DNA of 64,000 nucleotides from a virus: positions 32,001 to 96,000 of the IMG/VR virus record IMGVR_UViG_3300008255_000003. The stretch is one strand, 5' to 3'. Shown here in pieces: positions 29,043 through 38,098 of this stretch; the stretch's first letter is position 1, and each line of letters begins with the position of its first letter. The notes beneath the pieces are model-generated. The model was given only the letters and a program-made list of their open reading frames with translations, did not search any database and was not told the DNA's origin. The translations under genes were made by a program, and so were the position numbers.

Positions 29043-30161
29043 GTGGACGATATTCGAGAGCTTACGTCTTACAATAAAGCGCGCTGGAGCAAGGTGCAGA
29101 CGCAGCAGATTCAAGCGGCTGTTGGCGCCGAACCTGATGGCGTATGGGGCCCTCAGACCATCAGCAAAGTGATGATTTGGCAGAAGTCCAATAAGCTTGT
29201 GGCTGATGGAAAGGTTGGGCCTGCAACTTACGCCAAGATCCTGTCAGTGACTAGCAGCCCCAAGGACAAGATCGTCATCCAGTTCAGCGATGATGCCCTA
29301 GCGCAGATCATGGGGCCTACGATTCAGACTGAGGCTGGCTACACGGGCAACCCTTATACGGCATCTAACCTTGATGCTGAGTTCAAGGGTTGGTTTGATC
29401 ATCCCAGGAGGCACCCCGTCACTAATGAGCGCTTAAACCCTGCTGAGCGAGCAGCGGTGAGGCGTGATAGGACGCTTAACCCATCTGACGGCAAAGGTGG
29501 ATACAAGTACACCGCCTTTTGGGCAAGCATGTATGCTAACGATGGTATGATCCGAAGCGACTCAGATCCTGGCACTCATATCGGGCGATCGGAGGGGATG
29601 ATCCAGTTCGCCCAGTCGCCAGGCAGCCTTGGTGCATACAATGAGGCTGCGCAGAAACTCAACCCTGATGAGTTTGCTCGGATCATGGGGCCTTGTTGGC
29701 GTGAGCTTGTGAAGGTCACTACGGCGCCATCTGGAAAGCCTAAGCTGGTTAAGTCGCTCAGTAATGGTCTTCGCAATGGCAAGGTCCACCCTGTTGACGG
29801 TCATGATCTTTGGGAAGGGCCTTGGAATGAGCGTTATGACGAGCTTGGTGACACTGAGTTCGGAAAGCAAGCGCAGCGCCTAGGCGCTAAAGATGGATAC
29901 CTTCTGCCAGCCTTGTCAATCTGCCGTGGTTACGGGTGGTCGAGTGAGGTTGAGATCTCGGTGGTGTTCGATATGTGTGTCCAGTTTGGTCCCGGTAGTG
30001 ACAGCAGGGGTGCCAGGAAGTACCTCAAGCAAGCCAAGGCTAAATATGGTGAGGATGCTGGTATCATCCAGTGCTTGAACATCCTTAGCAGCGGTCATAG
30101 GGATAGGCGACTTAAGGTAGCTTCGCTCGCAAGGGCCAATGTCTTCTATGAATGGCAATAA
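29043..30161 (+). CDS. Putative endolysin: peptidoglycan-binding domain plus lysozyme/chitosanase-like domain
   Basis: N-terminal DGVWGPQT...WQ...LVADGKVGPAT (PG_binding_1 pattern); C-terminal GMIQF..SPGSLG and FDMCVQFGPG. Confidence 0.75.
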   Translation: MDDIRELTSYNKARWSKVQTQQIQAAVGAEPDGVWGPQTISKVMIWQKSNKLVADGKVGPATYAKILSVTSSPKDKIVIQFSDDALAQIMGPTIQTEAGYTGNPYTASNLDAEFKGWFDHPRRHPVTNERLNPAERAAVRRDRTLNPSDGKGGYKYTAFWASMYANDGMIRSDSDPGTHIGRSEGMIQFAQSPGSLGAYNEAAQKLNPDEFARIMGPCWRELVKVTTAPSGKPKLVKSLSNGLRNGKVHPVDGHDLWEGPWNERYDELGDTEFGKQAQRLGAKDGYLLPALSICRGYGWSSEVEISVVFDMCVQFGPGSDSRGARKYLKQAKAKYGEDAGIIQCLNILSSGHRDRRLKVASLARANVFYEWQ

Positions 30162-30182
30162 CCAACACTCAAAGGCAATTCC

Positions 30183-31787
30183 ATGACCCTGCTTTTACAT
30201 AAGGCTCTCTTTGGCGTTGCCGCTGGTGGCGCCCCAGAGCCACCAGGCCCATCAGTGCCAGCCATTGTGTCTGCACCAAACTGGCTGGCCTTCTACAATG
30301 CTGAATGGGAGTCTGCACCACCAGAGTCGTTAGTGTCGGTGGCCCAAAATGAAGGCATCCTCGATAATGAGAAGATGTCAGTGATGACTGACTGGAGTGG
30401 CAACGGGCACCATGCAAGTCGTCAAAACTTTGAGGGTGTGAGGTGGCAATCGTCTGGCTATAACGCCAAGCCAACATTCAGGCTTCACACAAGCACAGCT
30501 AGTAATGCTGGCTATACAGTGCCAACAGCGCCAGCATTCAATCCTACTGGGATCTCCACGGTTGTCATTGCTGCTTGGGACAGGGCGTCTACTGGCAATA
30601 ACAATTATATCTACGTCTACAAGAGAGATCTCAGCTCATTTGGAGTTGGGATAAGAAGGGGCGCTACGGACCGCACGCAGATCTACAGCGACACATTTAG
30701 CACCAGCGTGCTAGATGAGCCTTGGGCCTTTAGCAATGCTGAAGCCAGGATGCGACTAATCTTCGTAGAGGTTGACAGGACAGCCGCCACCGAGGTGATC
30801 AGGTATTGGTCCAACGGCATCCCTTCAGGTCAGTTCAGCGCACCAAGGCCTAGTGGTACATTCTCGCACGCGCAGCTCTTTGCGTTACCTGGGGGATCTA
30901 CGCCTTTATATGGTGACGACGTGGGCTTCATAGGGGTGATAGACTCAGCCCTTGATCAATCTCAGCGCGATGTGATCTCGTCATACTTCACCGCGACTTA
31001 TGGTGAAGTGGCTTGGCGTGACAACTGGAGTATCACTGAGGCGCCTAGCAGCACTGAGCTTTATCATATCGGTTGGGAGTCCAACCCGCTTCTTGCACCT
31101 GCCGCATATAGATCAAGGGCTCAAAACTCCGCGATCCTCAACTTGGCCACCATGCCTAGGTTGACGGGCTGGATCGGCGGCAATCACTTGGATCAACCCA
31201 TTTCATCCAAACGAGCCCAATATCAGTCGGCGGCAATCAACTCTAAGCCTGGTGCTGTTTTTGATAGGATTGACGATGCTTACGCATCTCTTAGTGTCAT
31301 GACGCTAGGTGTGAATCAAGGCATTGTCAGTGTAGCCAAGCCTGTCAACACCACAGTCCAGATCTTGCTTGAGCATGGTCCTAACTCGTCTGCCACTGAC
31401 GGCTCAAGGCTTGTGGCTGTTGAGCCTGCCCGTGTTGAGTTTGTCTATGCCAATAAGGATACAACCCCCGGTGGTGAAGTTAGGCTTAGGAGTACATGGG
31501 CTGACGGCACCGTGAAGCTCGTTTCCATGCAAAGTCATCCGACACCTGCCAATGCAGTGTTTAATATCGATCTAGTAAGTAGCGTTACATCATCAAGCAA
31601 CACGGCCACGCTTACAGGCTCGACGACTGATGCTCTCTTTGTAGGATCTCGCTTGGCTGGTGCAACCGCTCCGTTTGGTGGACCATTAGGGATATTGTGG
31701 ATTGCTAATAATCCACCGAGGGCTGAGGTGCGAGTTGTGGAGTTCTGGGCGCAAGATCAATATGAGTTAAACCTTCAACCTTTCTAA
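30183..31787 (+). CDS. Putative virion protein with two concanavalin/LamG-like modules
   Basis: DWSGNGHHA...YNAKPTFR and a second unit QP...AQYQSAAINSKPGAVFD; beta-rich composition. Confidence 0.55.
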   Translation: MTLLLHKALFGVAAGGAPEPPGPSVPAIVSAPNWLAFYNAEWESAPPESLVSVAQNEGILDNEKMSVMTDWSGNGHHASRQNFEGVRWQSSGYNAKPTFRLHTSTASNAGYTVPTAPAFNPTGISTVVIAAWDRASTGNNNYIYVYKRDLSSFGVGIRRGATDRTQIYSDTFSTSVLDEPWAFSNAEARMRLIFVEVDRTAATEVIRYWSNGIPSGQFSAPRPSGTFSHAQLFALPGGSTPLYGDDVGFIGVIDSALDQSQRDVISSYFTATYGEVAWRDNWSITEAPSSTELYHIGWESNPLLAPAAYRSRAQNSAILNLATMPRLTGWIGGNHLDQPISSKRAQYQSAAINSKPGAVFDRIDDAYASLSVMTLGVNQGIVSVAKPVNTTVQILLEHGPNSSATDGSRLVAVEPARVEFVYANKDTTPGGEVRLRSTWADGTVKLVSMQSHPTPANAVFNIDLVSSVTSSSNTATLTGSTTDALFVGSRLAGATAPFGGPLGILWIANNPPRAEVRVVEFWAQDQYELNLQPF

Positions 31788-31796
31788 GGTGAGAAA

Positions 31797-32417
31797 ATGA
31801 GTGATCAAATCTTCTTCTGCGTAAAGGGCGGTCAGCGTGACTATGCTCACCATGCCGTCAATCAAGCTGTTCACTCTGGCGCGCTGACTGCGACCGCCCA
31901 TTGCGGCGCACTCGCTGACGGTCCTGTAACTCACTGGTATGGTGGAGCTATTGCGACGAAGCGCTTTCTGCCGTTCGCTGAGCTAATCATGACCGCGATG
32001 TACCCGCAGGCCCTTGCGAATAAGCCTGACAACTACACCATCATCATGGAGGACGCCTTTGGGGTGGCTATGGTCGCAATGGGGCTTGGGAAGCTTGAGC
32101 TTAATGGCGTATACACGGAAGTTCAAACCGTGGAGCAATTTCTGGCTAAGATGTCCCTTGTGCGCGTTGAGGGCACACTTTCGGGCGATCAGCCTGCCGA
32201 CGCTGCTATTGCAGTTGTAGAGCTTGGCGAGCCCTACACGTCAACGCCAGAGTTAAACATCCCCATCTTGGAACGTCAGGCTCTTGAAGCCAGGCTCACC
32301 GACGCGCAAGCAGCGTTCATGGGGCAGCTAAACATCCACCAGGTCAGCGCAATGTTTGAGATCGGACTAACGCAGGCTGAAGCTATGGTGCGCGTCTTTG
32401 GTTCTGGCGCGGCCTGA
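31797..32417 (+). CDS. Hypothetical protein (possibly virion-associated)
   Basis: Follows the LamG-like gene. Confidence 0.6.
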   Translation: MSDQIFFCVKGGQRDYAHHAVNQAVHSGALTATAHCGALADGPVTHWYGGAIATKRFLPFAELIMTAMYPQALANKPDNYTIIMEDAFGVAMVAMGLGKLELNGVYTEVQTVEQFLAKMSLVRVEGTLSGDQPADAAIAVVELGEPYTSTPELNIPILERQALEARLTDAQAAFMGQLNIHQVSAMFEIGLTQAEAMVRVFGSGAA

Positions 32418-32434
32418 GCACCATCGTAGCAGGC

Positions 32435-32479
32435 GCAAAAAACCCCAACATGCAACGGTTGCATGTAGGGCTTTTTTTT
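32435..32479. terminator. Bidirectional terminator-like hairpin with palindrome core
   Basis: A run, imperfect stem, T run, between convergent ORFs. Confidence 0.7.
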
Positions 32480-32718
32480 CAGACCAGGCAGGTTGCTGGC
32501 TCCTCATAGAGGATCGCAAACAACCAGCCCTTATTTGCTGAGCGGGTTGAAACCCACTCGTCAGTATACTGGTCATAGAATGATGTGATGGGATGACCGT
32601 CTATGGTCAGCGCTTCCTTGTCAAACTTAAGATCCCTTTTCTGGCGCAGGCAGCGCGCGCCGACGAGATCTTCTGAGCTTTCTAGGTCTGCTCTCTTTAC
32701 CCACAACATGATCTGCAT
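32479..32718 (-). CDS. Small hypothetical protein
   Basis: 79 aa ORF with GGAG RBS. Confidence 0.5.
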   Translation of the reverse strand: MQIMLWVKRADLESSEDLVGARCLRQKRDLKFDKEALTIDGHPITSFYDQYTDEWVSTRSANKGWLFAILYEEPATCLV

Positions 32719-32809
32719 GACGTCTCCAAAGTTAGGGCGTTAACATTGCCCGCCCTCAATATCGGCGCTTCATGATGTCCTGCCAATGATTATTTTAAGT
32801 AAATAATTA

Positions 32810-32837
32810 TTGACAATAAATATGATGCGCTTAAGAT
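32810..32837 (+). promoter_or_regulatory. Sigma70-type promoter with AT-rich upstream element
   Basis: TTGACA-N16-TAAGAT preceded by TTTTAAGTAAATAA. Confidence 0.65.
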
Positions 32838-32877
32838 AGATCCCAGGCAACGTTAATGCCTTAACTTGGATTTCAAA

Positions 32878-33447
32878 ATGTTCCTTACAGGCGAGATCAG
32901 GTCGGCCGTTCAGGCGCAAGACGCCAAAGCTCTTATCGCGGCCATATCAGCGATGGTCGGCCGTCGGGGGTGGTTGGATGGGCTCTTCAATGAGGATGGC
33001 TCTCCGACCGCGCAAGCGGTCCTGATGTGGGCCTATATCGAAGGGAGCTTCGACAACATGGCTTGGACATCATTTGATGAGGTCTGGGACGATCTGCTTG
33101 AGTTGCCGCATTACAGCGAGCATTATGCGCGAGCTGCGCATCAACAAAGCTATCAGGGGAACGAACAGCGCGTTCCTACGACGTATCCTTGGCTAGATCA
33201 TGACTTTCATAGGGACAGCGACTGGGGAGAAAACCGCTGTCACGTATCAGTTATGAGCCACCTCATCAGGGCCAAGTCTCGCGCCCAAGCTCTAATCTAT
33301 GCAACGGCTCTCTTATCCGATATTCCATCGTCAGTCGATATGGAATACATGGATAAGGATGACTGGCGCAGCGAGATTAATGTGATCATCTTGTCCAAGG
33401 GCGCCCAGAAAAACTGGCGCGCTCGCATCAATGACCTAGAGAAATAA
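32878..33447 (+). CDS. Hypothetical protein
   Basis: ORF directly downstream of the promoter. Confidence 0.6.
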   Translation: MFLTGEIRSAVQAQDAKALIAAISAMVGRRGWLDGLFNEDGSPTAQAVLMWAYIEGSFDNMAWTSFDEVWDDLLELPHYSEHYARAAHQQSYQGNEQRVPTTYPWLDHDFHRDSDWGENRCHVSVMSHLIRAKSRAQALIYATALLSDIPSSVDMEYMDKDDWRSEINVIILSKGAQKNWRARINDLEK

Positions 33448-33456
33448 CATCCAAGT

Positions 33457-33499
33457 AGAGCCTATGACATGCAACCGTTGCATGTCATAGGCTCTTTTG
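33457..33499 (+). terminator. 19-bp perfect hairpin with palindrome core and T tail
   Basis: AGAGCCTATGACATGCAAC-C-GTTGCATGTCATAGGCTCT then TTT. Confidence 0.75.
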
Positions 33500-33565
33500 C
33501 GTCTTGCGCGCATGGCATGGTGTAGCATGATGGATCTTGCAACATCAACCCGCGCGAGGTAACGC

Positions 33566-34021
33566 ATGGATAAGACAGAATTGACAACATGGCTAGTCAT
33601 CCTAGACCGTCTAATCATCCCACTGATAGTTGTGCTTTTGACCCCTTGGCTTCATTATGTCACTAAGAAGCTTCTGACTGTCCTTGAGGAGCGAACCTCA
33701 ATTAAGGTCACTGAGCAGCAAGCGGCAGTCATTCAAGCCATCATGGTTGACGCTATCGCCTACGCCGAAGAGCAAGCCCATAAGCGCATCAATGGCGTCG
33801 AGGGTAAAATGAGCGGCGCTCAAAAGCTTAGTCTGGCCATTGACTACACGCGCGACCGCTCTAAAGAGCTTGGCCTTGATAAGCTCGCAGAAGCCAAGTC
33901 TGCGCAGATTCAAGAGCAGCTAGAAGCTAAGCTTGCGCAGCGCTTTGAACGCTCAAAGCCTAAAGAGATTGACTTGAGTATTAGCAAGGGCGAAGGGCCA
34001 CAGCTTTTGACTGAGGGTTGA
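33566..34021 (+). CDS. Putative holin (LL-H-like)
   Basis: Single N-terminal TM segment; DAIAYAEEQ...SGAQKLSLAI pattern resembles LL-H holins. Confidence 0.55.
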   Translation: MDKTELTTWLVILDRLIIPLIVVLLTPWLHYVTKKLLTVLEERTSIKVTEQQAAVIQAIMVDAIAYAEEQAHKRINGVEGKMSGAQKLSLAIDYTRDRSKELGLDKLAEAKSAQIQEQLEAKLAQRFERSKPKEIDLSISKGEGPQLLTEG

Positions 34022-34022
34022 A

Positions 34023-34322
34023 GTGACCAAGTTCATTAACAAGCTGCGTCAGTATTGGTGGCTACTGCTCTTGGCTATGCTAGGATTGGTGGCCGCCATT
34101 TTTAGGGCTGGCAGTGACAAGACCAAGCCCAAGATTATCACCAGCGCTAAGGAAGGGTTGCAGGTGAAAGCTCTCGAAGCTGAGGTCGAGATCCTTAAGG
34201 GTGAAGCTAGGGCGGTAGCTAAGACGGCACATAAGCGCGCTGAGCTTGAGCTGATTGAGAGGCAAGATGACCCGAAGGTGAGAAGGGAGCTTCTCGCTGA
34301 CTTTCTTGAGAGTAACCTTTGA
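34023..34322 (+). CDS. Membrane-anchored coiled-coil protein (i-spanin-like?)
   Basis: N-terminal TM segment, then a charged helix; adjacent to the putative holin. Confidence 0.5.
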   Translation: MTKFINKLRQYWWLLLLAMLGLVAAIFRAGSDKTKPKIITSAKEGLQVKALEAEVEILKGEARAVAKTAHKRAELELIERQDDPKVRRELLADFLESNL

Positions 34323-35329
34323 AACAAGACGCCTACCATATCTTCTATGAGCCCACTGGACTTGGTGAACCAACGCCCCTTAGCACCGTTAGGATTAACG
34401 ATGTTGACGTGGTGGGCATGTCTGGTCAGCTCTCGATTCCACCTGATAAAGTCATGCAAATGTGGCTTCTTATTTCAGGTGGCGCAACCTTTAGGAAGTT
34501 GGTTAGTGTTAGCAGGTTGCCGAGCGGCACAGTTAGGGCCTTTGTAAGGCTACTTGCTAACAATAATGTCATTATCCCTAGGGAGTGCGCCATGTCTGAC
34601 AGTGATAAGGAAATTCTGGAGGCTGAAGAGGCTGAAGAGGTTGAAGGCTCCGATGGTGTTGATGGACAGGATGACGAAGGTTTAGAAGGGCTTGAGGAGT
34701 CAGAAAGCTCACCACAAGTCACGCAGCTTGAGAAGCTGAACAAGCTCCACCAGCTAGGTCTAAGTCTGCTGGAGTTGTCTGAGAGCGGTCGCGATATGGC
34801 CGCCTTCGCCGCCTATGCCCTTGATGAGTACATTGAGGAGGCTAGAGAGGCGTTTGATCGAGTCATGAGCTATGGGAGCGGCTGCGAGCCTGGAATGACC
34901 ATCTCTGAGGCTCTTGAGTATGAATCAACCGCTCAAACCATCCCCATCACCCGCGTGTTTGCGCACTTTGAAAACTTCGATCATAGCGACGCGGCAGATG
35001 TCTTTGTTGTGTCGTGCATGAATATGTTTATTGACTATCTCTCAGACTATGCCTCGGAAGGTGTCTGGGTGGTCGATCATGATGCTGAGCCTGAAGGTGA
35101 CGGATCTGTTGCTTCAATGTCGCTAATGGTTGAGTCTGAGCGTGTTGAGGCGCTTGAGTGCTTACTCACAGTTGATATGGATAATATGGAGGTGGCGTTC
35201 TCGGGTGACGGCGTGAATATCGTGGTTGCCATAGATGAGGACAGGTACGGACTCATGATCACGCGCCTTATGAGTCATATCATCAGGGCGTTCTACACCA
35301 GCGAAGAATACGAGCACATTGAGCAGTGA
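34319..35329 (+). CDS. Highly acidic hypothetical protein
   Basis: D/E-rich linker; 336 aa. Confidence 0.6.
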   Translation: MKQDAYHIFYEPTGLGEPTPLSTVRINDVDVVGMSGQLSIPPDKVMQMWLLISGGATFRKLVSVSRLPSGTVRAFVRLLANNNVIIPRECAMSDSDKEILEAEEAEEVEGSDGVDGQDDEGLEGLEESESSPQVTQLEKLNKLHQLGLSLLELSESGRDMAAFAAYALDEYIEEAREAFDRVMSYGSGCEPGMTISEALEYESTAQTIPITRVFAHFENFDHSDAADVFVVSCMNMFIDYLSDYASEGVWVVDHDAEPEGDGSVASMSLMVESERVEALECLLTVDMDNMEVAFSGDGVNIVVAIDEDRYGLMITRLMSHIIRAFYTSEEYEHIEQ

Positions 35330-35399
35330 CTTGATGTGGCTAGTGGTTAAGATGAAAAGGACATGCAACCGCTGCATGTCCTTTTCTTTGGAGGTAAGC

Positions 35400-36287
35400 A
35401 TGAGTGATGTGACTGGGTTGATGTACTTCTGCCGCGAGCTTACGATCTCTAATGGTGAACGATGTATTGCCATTGGAAACAGCGATAAGGGGATGGTGGT
35501 TATCATGCTTAAACACCTCAAAGGTGATGACATACCGCTGACTATCCTTGGGCCTGGTGTTTACATAGATAAGATCTCAAAGCGTATGCCTGCGCGATCT
35601 CATGTTCGCAAGGTGCTATCCAGATACACAGTGATGGGGATGGCGCATAACGGACCTGTCTTCATTCGTGAGAATGGGCGCGTGCTCTATGCTATAAGGC
35701 CATTCACCATGCCCCCAGCGACGAAGCTTTATCCTGGCGACATTGTATCGGTGGGGGGTAGGAGTCTGCCGCTAGTTTACCTTGGTCAGTACAAGGGTCA
35801 GATCTATCTAGGCTCTTGGTCTGAGGTGAATGATATGGCGTTGGCTTCAAGCATGGTCGCCTATGGCACCGAGCCTTATGCAAACTCCCATCTCTACATT
35901 TATCTCTTTGGTGGTGATGAGTCTGAGATCTCTTACATCTCACCGCGCGAGGGTAATGATCATGACGATGAGGAAGCGCGCGCCGTTCAGAGAAGATTGG
36001 TTGCCAGGCCTGCCATTGGTTCGGTTGTGGGTATCAGGGGTTTTAAGGGGTACAAGCTCCTAGTTTCCGGCTTTAGTCAGACGGAATATGGGAACGTCGA
36101 GATGTACGTTGCGGGCCTACTAAGCCCTGATGAGCTTCCGGGTGCAAAGACACTAAGGAAGGCGATGGATACATCGTTCTGGACGCTGGTGTCTCTACCC
36201 GTTGAACGCGTCTACAACATCAGGCCAGCCACACCAAAGACTAAGGCTGATGTGATGAGGTTGGGCGCCTTGAGGTATGTTGAATGA
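35400..36287 (+). CDS. Hypothetical protein
   Basis: TTGGAGG RBS right after the palindrome hairpin at 35354-35386. Confidence 0.65.
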   Translation: MSDVTGLMYFCRELTISNGERCIAIGNSDKGMVVIMLKHLKGDDIPLTILGPGVYIDKISKRMPARSHVRKVLSRYTVMGMAHNGPVFIRENGRVLYAIRPFTMPPATKLYPGDIVSVGGRSLPLVYLGQYKGQIYLGSWSEVNDMALASSMVAYGTEPYANSHLYIYLFGGDESEISYISPREGNDHDDEEARAVQRRLVARPAIGSVVGIRGFKGYKLLVSGFSQTEYGNVEMYVAGLLSPDELPGAKTLRKAMDTSFWTLVSLPVERVYNIRPATPKTKADVMRLGALRYVE

Positions 36288-36769
36288 AAATCATGATGAC
36301 GCTTCTCGCCTTAATCACCTTATCTTGCGCACAGGACAAGGTGGCGCTCAAACCAAAGCCAGCTATTGAGCTTAGGGAGATCTCACCGACTCCACCCGTG
36401 GCTGACGGCATGGTAAGGGCCTTGCCAGTAAAGCCTGATGCTGAGCAGGAGTGGTGTATCGGAGTCTTAAGTTTACCACCTGATGGCATCGTACTGAGTG
36501 AATCGAAGGCGCTCCAGGCTGCGAGACTTAGAGTTTATGCAGAAGAGATGAATGTTGCAGCGTCATACAACAAGACATATTGTGAGATGTGGTCTGAAGC
36601 TGCGTTGCGGCGGGTCAATGCCCTTGAGTCTAGGGAACTGGAGAGAATAGAAGATGAGCAGCGGTGGTGGAACAGACACAAGCTGAACATCACATTTATA
36701 GGCGGCCTCACCTTGGGATCTGTGATTACGATTCTGGTGGTTTATGGCGTCAATCAGGCTGGAGATTAA
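36284..36769 (+). CDS. Lipoprotein with C-terminal TM segment (u-spanin-like architecture)
   Basis: Signal MKIMMTLLALITLS-C; C-terminal ITFIGGLTLGSVITILVVYGV. Confidence 0.55.
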   Translation: MKIMMTLLALITLSCAQDKVALKPKPAIELREISPTPPVADGMVRALPVKPDAEQEWCIGVLSLPPDGIVLSESKALQAARLRVYAEEMNVAASYNKTYCEMWSEAALRRVNALESRELERIEDEQRWWNRHKLNITFIGGLTLGSVITILVVYGVNQAGD

Positions 36770-36770
36770 A

Positions 36771-37103
36771 ATGCCTAAAAAAAGTTTTAAGAACAATAAG
36801 ATCAGAAGGCCCTACTCAACCAACGGTGAGCTTGTAAGCTCCGAGCTTTGGAGTGCACGTCAGTCTACTCACAAGAGGTTCCTTAAGGCGTGTCACATGA
36901 CACCTTTAAGCCCTTCTGACTGGCGAAACATCATCGCGCAATCTTTGGGCCTTCCACCGAGCAAGGCTCATGTTCGATACTTCAGCGCGGATCTTTGCAA
37001 GCAGGTTGAAGAGCTTTTGAGTCGCAAGGAAGTTGAGCTTAGGGCTCGTGGTAAATGGGGCATTGAATACAAAAGGAGGAATTGTGCGAGAAAATCTAGC
37101 TGA
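36771..37103 (+). CDS. Small basic hypothetical protein (weak resemblance to the DUF3268 C-terminal part)
   Basis: GGAG RBS; W..IIAQSLG...AHVRYF...C. Confidence 0.5.
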   Translation: MPKKSFKNNKIRRPYSTNGELVSSELWSARQSTHKRFLKACHMTPLSPSDWRNIIAQSLGLPPSKAHVRYFSADLCKQVEELLSRKEVELRARGKWGIEYKRRNCARKSS

Positions 37104-37386
37104 CAGACTTTGTGACACCTTACATCTCGTCTATGAGAAGCACCTTAAGGGTGGTGGCTATAAGGTGCAGCACACTTGGGAGCTGAGGAGTCTTGCCTAT
37201 GATGCTGTGGCTGGTGTTCCTTGGCAGCGCAAAGTGAAGTCTCCCTTCACCGCTAACGCAAGTGTAAGTATGCTTCGGGATACCATCACCAAAGTAGAGT
37301 CATACCTTGATGACCCAAGCCAGATCGATGCCCAGTTTGAGGCTTCTGAGGTCTTCTCGAAGGATGATAGAAAAAAGATCAAGTAA
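37084..37386 (+). CDS. Hypothetical protein
   Basis: AGGAGG RBS before GTG at 37084. Confidence 0.55.
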   Translation: MRENLADRLCDTLHLVYEKHLKGGGYKVQHTWELRSLAYDAVAGVPWQRKVKSPFTANASVSMLRDTITKVESYLDDPSQIDAQFEASEVFSKDDRKKIK

Positions 37387-37479
37387 GTTGTCAACAAGTA
37401 TTGATAGAAAATAATTTAGTGTCTATCCATAGAAGGTCGCTCATGTTGTATGAGCGGCCTTAAATTTTGGAGAAAAAAA

Positions 37480-38028
37480 ATGAACGATCGTCTCAAGCGC
37501 TTTGCGGGTTTGATCCGCGTAGTCATGTCAAGCGTGGATCCCTATTTTATGAAGCTCTCGTACAGGTACGAGGGCTTCAATGGCTTGCTTATTGACGCAT
37601 CGAAGGGCATTGACCTAAAGGTGGTCAATGAGCGTCACTTGCTGGTCGCTCAGATTGACCAGCACACGCTTGGCGTCGATGCTGTCTATCTCGCATGGTT
37701 GGAGGCGTTAGACTTCAACAAGGATACGGTCCAAGTCAGGCAGGCGCTTGAGTGTGCGTTCTGGGCTCTTGTCCCCATGTTGGCAGGTCCAGACGTCACA
37801 GATCGGTCTATCGAGCGCGTGAGGCATAATATCTGCGCCCGAGGCCTTGGGGTGTGGCCTGACAATAGACCTACGGCTCAATCACTCCCTGGTTTTGAGA
37901 TCTTTAGAGCAACGCGCGCGAGGCCTGTCCCTGAGCTGATCTATACCCCCGCCATGAGAAAGCGAGACGAAGATCTTGAGCGGGCCAGGAATGACTACTT
38001 GCTGATCTCAAACATCTTAGATCTATGA
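37480..38028 (+). CDS. Hypothetical protein
   Basis: TTGGAG RBS. Confidence 0.6.
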   Translation: MNDRLKRFAGLIRVVMSSVDPYFMKLSYRYEGFNGLLIDASKGIDLKVVNERHLLVAQIDQHTLGVDAVYLAWLEALDFNKDTVQVRQALECAFWALVPMLAGPDVTDRSIERVRHNICARGLGVWPDNRPTAQSLPGFEIFRATRARPVPELIYTPAMRKRDEDLERARNDYLLISNILDL

Positions 38029-38035
38029 TGTGGTC

Positions 38036-38080
38036 GCAAAAAACCCCAACATGCAACGGTTGCATGTTGGGGTTTTTTGC
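38036..38080. terminator. 22-bp perfect inverted repeat, bidirectional terminator-like, with palindrome core
   Basis: GCAAAAAACCCCAACATGCAAC-G-GTTGCATGTTGGGGTTTTTTGC between convergent ORFs. Confidence 0.8.
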
Positions 38081-38098
38081 GTGATCAGTAAGATGGTG

